From Macrostomum hystrix (Eukaryota > Animalia > Platyhelminthes), in NCBI GenBank assembly GCA_950097015.1, contig CATNEN010000001.1, positions 16,244,001-16,308,000 of the forward strand: DNA of 64,000 nucleotides, written 5' to 3'. Below are positions 61,701-64,000 of this stretch, one piece after another. The translations under genes and the position numbers were made by a program. Each line of letters begins with the position of its first letter. Positions within the stretch are counted from its first letter, which is position 1. A model generated the notes under the pieces. That model ran no database searches. It was not told where the DNA came from and saw only the letters and a program-made list of their open reading frames with translations.

Positions 61701-64000
61701 GACTCTACAGTCTAACAGGTGACTCTACAGTCTAACAGGTGACTCTACAGTCTAACAGGTAACTCTACTGTCTAACAGGTAACTCTACAGTCTAACAGGT
61801 GACTCTACAGTCTAACAGGTAACTCTACTGTCTAACAGGTAACTCTACAGTCTAACAGGTGACTCTACTGTCTAACAGGTGACTCTACTGTCTAACAGAA
61901 CACTCTACTGTCTTACAGGTGACTCTACTGTCTTACAGGTGACTCTACTGTCTTACAGGTGACTCTACAGTCTAACAGGTGACTCTACTGTCTAACAGGT
62001 GATTTTTATGATTATTTATCACCAAGATTGTAGTTGTCAGCTTTAATTTTCGCTCACCTGAAGCGATGGCGGTTCGTACCTCGAACAGAGATAGCAGGCT
62101 CAGGGTGGCCACGTGCGGCTTGGACCAACGCTCGCCGCCCTCTTCGACGTCCTCTTCGAATTTGATCCATCTGGCAGTCTCCTTCCACACCGGCTCGCCT
62201 GGTTAGGATTCAGTTTAATCGTTGCCATTGGTTTACACAATGAATTTTCCAAAAATTAAAAGGTCAGTATATCATCGAATCTCAAACAAATTTAAACCAT
62301 TTTCGCTGCATTTCACGCATCAGTAAAATTCGCACCAGAACTAGTTAGAAATCTAGCTTCCCTGCCTCACCTGTGCAGTCCCAGCCTCACCTGTGCACTC
62401 CCAGCCTCACCTGTGCAGTCCCAGCCTCACCTGTGCAGTCCCAGCCTCACCTGTGCAGTCCCAGCCTCACCTGTGCAGTCCCAGCCTCACCTGTGCAGTC
62501 CCATCCTCACCTGTGCAGTCCCATCCTCACCTGTGCAGTCCCAGCCTCACCTGTGCAGTCCCAGCCTCACCTGTGCAGTCCCAGCCTCACCTGTGCAGTC
62601 CAGTTCGTTCATCTGGCAGAAGAGAGGCCGAATGTCGTCACTGGCGCCGGCACCTCCGTCGTCATCATTGTCCTGATTGCCCAGCAGAAATTGCACCCTC
62701 AGTGAAGGATCTACGTGGGAGGTCTCTGTAATGAAGAAAATTTATAAAACTTGTTTTTTTTTATTGCCTAATTTTTTCGCGTCAATTTAAACTGACGTCA
62801 AATTTATCATGAAAGCATTTTTTAGTTACCTCCAGAAACAGCAGGTGATCCAGTGCCCTTGCCAGCCACACTGGCTGCCATATTGCCGAAGCCTTCAAAT
62901 TTGTTAGAAATGAAATTTAGCGCCAATTCAAACGGAGATAAGTTATCATTTGTTTAATTCTATTACATTGTCAACGCTTGGGTTATTATTGCTTACTCGG
63001 TGGCGCATCACCTCCCATCTCGTCGCTTTCTTGAAGAACAGACACTGGAAAGCACAGGCATGCGATTTGGGAACGTTTTTAAATTCCTAGATTTGTAATC
63101 GGTTATTCATTGCAAATCTGTCAATTTTGCCTACGAGGACTAAACCGGAAAACCGACAAGACAATTAGAAAGTCTGAGAATTAGAAAGGCCTACAGCTGG
63201 GGGTGAGTGGCAAAGCGGTTAACGCGTTTGCCTCTCGCACCAAGGTCCCTGAGTTCGATTCCGCGGCGAGGCCACATTCATTTGAGGTGCAGCCTCGGAG
63301 AGAAGGCTTGGGGGCTTGTCGTGCAATTTACGCCCTTGAGGGCAAACCTCCAAGGCACAGTGAGAGTGTACACTGCCTGACGATGAGAAAGTCAGGGCAG
63401 GTGTACACACCTGTGCGCGTGTGTGCTCAGGAGTCAGCGCAATGGGCAGAATTGCCTCCTCGCTGGCTGCGGGTCTAGTGTCACCAAATGATGTGCCCTC
63501 AGCTCTTCTGCCTGGGCACACACGCACACAGGTGTGAATTTCTCATCGTCAGATTGGGTGCTTTATCCGCTCAACCACACTTATCTATTGTGGAACAATC
63601 GGAGACAAACGTAGGCTAGTATTCTCACTAGTAGATGGCTGCTGCTGCTGCTGCGGCCGAGTCTTCTTGGTCCTGCGTCGAGCTCTCCGCTGTTGCTCCT
63701 GCTGCAGCGTCTTCTGCCTATCTCCGCCGGGCACCCGCACGCCGATGAGCAATGTCCGGTGCCCCACATCGCCGCCGCCAACGGGCAGTGACCGGTGCTC
63801 CTCGAAGTCCTGCAGCTGCTGCGGCCGGTGAGACGAGCCCACCATCGGGTCCAGGACGGGATCCGTGCCGGACATCTGGAGGGCTGCGAGTTCCACCGGT
63901 TCTGCTTTCACGGATCTCACAGACACACTACGATCGATTTCCCTTTTCCTTTCCACTCAGTCCGAGCTGCTGCTCACCCTCTACTCGTAGCAGCCCGGAG
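55707..64000 (-). CDS. SLC4 bicarbonate transporter (Na+-coupled NDAE1/NBC-like), 5' end outside the window. Exons approx. >64000-63629, 63044-62997, 62892-62830, 62725-62591, 62198-62058, 61651-61409, 60671-60219, 59781-59622, 59469-59029, 58921-58768, 58337-57384, 57090-56884, 56803-56486, 55821-55707
   Basis: [95 protein letters not shown] (MDQ as in Na+-coupled members), [13 protein letters not shown]. Confidence 0.93.
55998..56313 (-). mobile_element. tRNA-derived SINE copy (inverted relative to the other copies)
   Basis: Minus strand GGGGGTCAGTGGCAGAGCGGTTAAC... through ...CCCTCCTGCAATT. Confidence 0.8.
57128..57370. repeat. 21-bp intronic minisatellite CAGGCAGTCACCTCAGCTATT, about 11 copies
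   Basis: Fills most of the 293-nt intron. Confidence 0.95.
58396..58715 (+). mobile_element. tRNA-derived SINE copy (B-box region deleted)
   Basis: A-box TGGCCGAGCGG, shared body, CCCTCCTGCAACTATT tail. Confidence 0.85.
60759..61092 (+). mobile_element. tRNA-derived SINE copy
   Basis: B-box GAGTTCGATTCC, shared body, (ATT/ACT)n-like tail. Confidence 0.85.
61103..61175 (+). repeat. Short tRNA-related interspersed repeat (second family)
   Basis: GGTTAAAGC...GTGTCGGACA...GGTTCGACTCCTGACTCC, related to 24238-24297. Confidence 0.45.
61693..62000. repeat. 20-bp intronic minisatellite TCTAACAGGTGACTCTAC(A/T)G, about 15 copies
   Basis: Tandem array. Confidence 0.95.
62364..62601. repeat. 20-bp minisatellite made of an SLC4 exon/intron junction, about 12 copies
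   Basis: Sense-strand unit CTGGGACTGCACAG|GTGAGG; the first copy contains the in-frame donor at 62590. Confidence 0.95.
63199..63498 (+). mobile_element. tRNA-derived SINE copy, followed by a short inverted fragment of itself (about 63515-63552)
   Basis: A-box TGGCAAAGCGG, B-box GAGTTCGATTCC, shared body. Confidence 0.85.

Overview
Eukaryotic (metazoan) genomic DNA. Gene style, short GT-AG introns and abundant intronic minisatellites suggest a free-living flatworm such as Macrostomum (inference only). The left third (1-21.8 kb) is accessory DNA. Positions 1-6.8 kb hold a compact cluster: a Gag+protease gene that stops right after the protease (no RT or integrase) and several small orphan genes with their own TATA boxes. 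Next is an intronless orphan sequence hit by three insertions: a LINE 3' fragment and a deleted Sola2-type element in the ORF, and a 10.7-kb hAT-type element in its 3' flank. The hAT element encodes an apparently intact 8-exon transposase whose introns hold a MITE and a complete 4.9-kb Sola2-type element with its own 8-exon transposase. The rest contains four host genes: a Cys-loop chloride channel subunit (GluCl/GlyR-like), a PTTG1IP-like membrane protein, a secreted fibrinogen-domain protein and an SLC4 bicarbonate transporter that runs off the window. Also present are a young Gypsy-type LTR element reduced to gag+protease, a Gypsy integrase+LTR remnant, five copies of a tRNA-derived SINE and many intronic tandem repeats. 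All exon structures were derived by eye from splice sites and codon phase; no database search was run.
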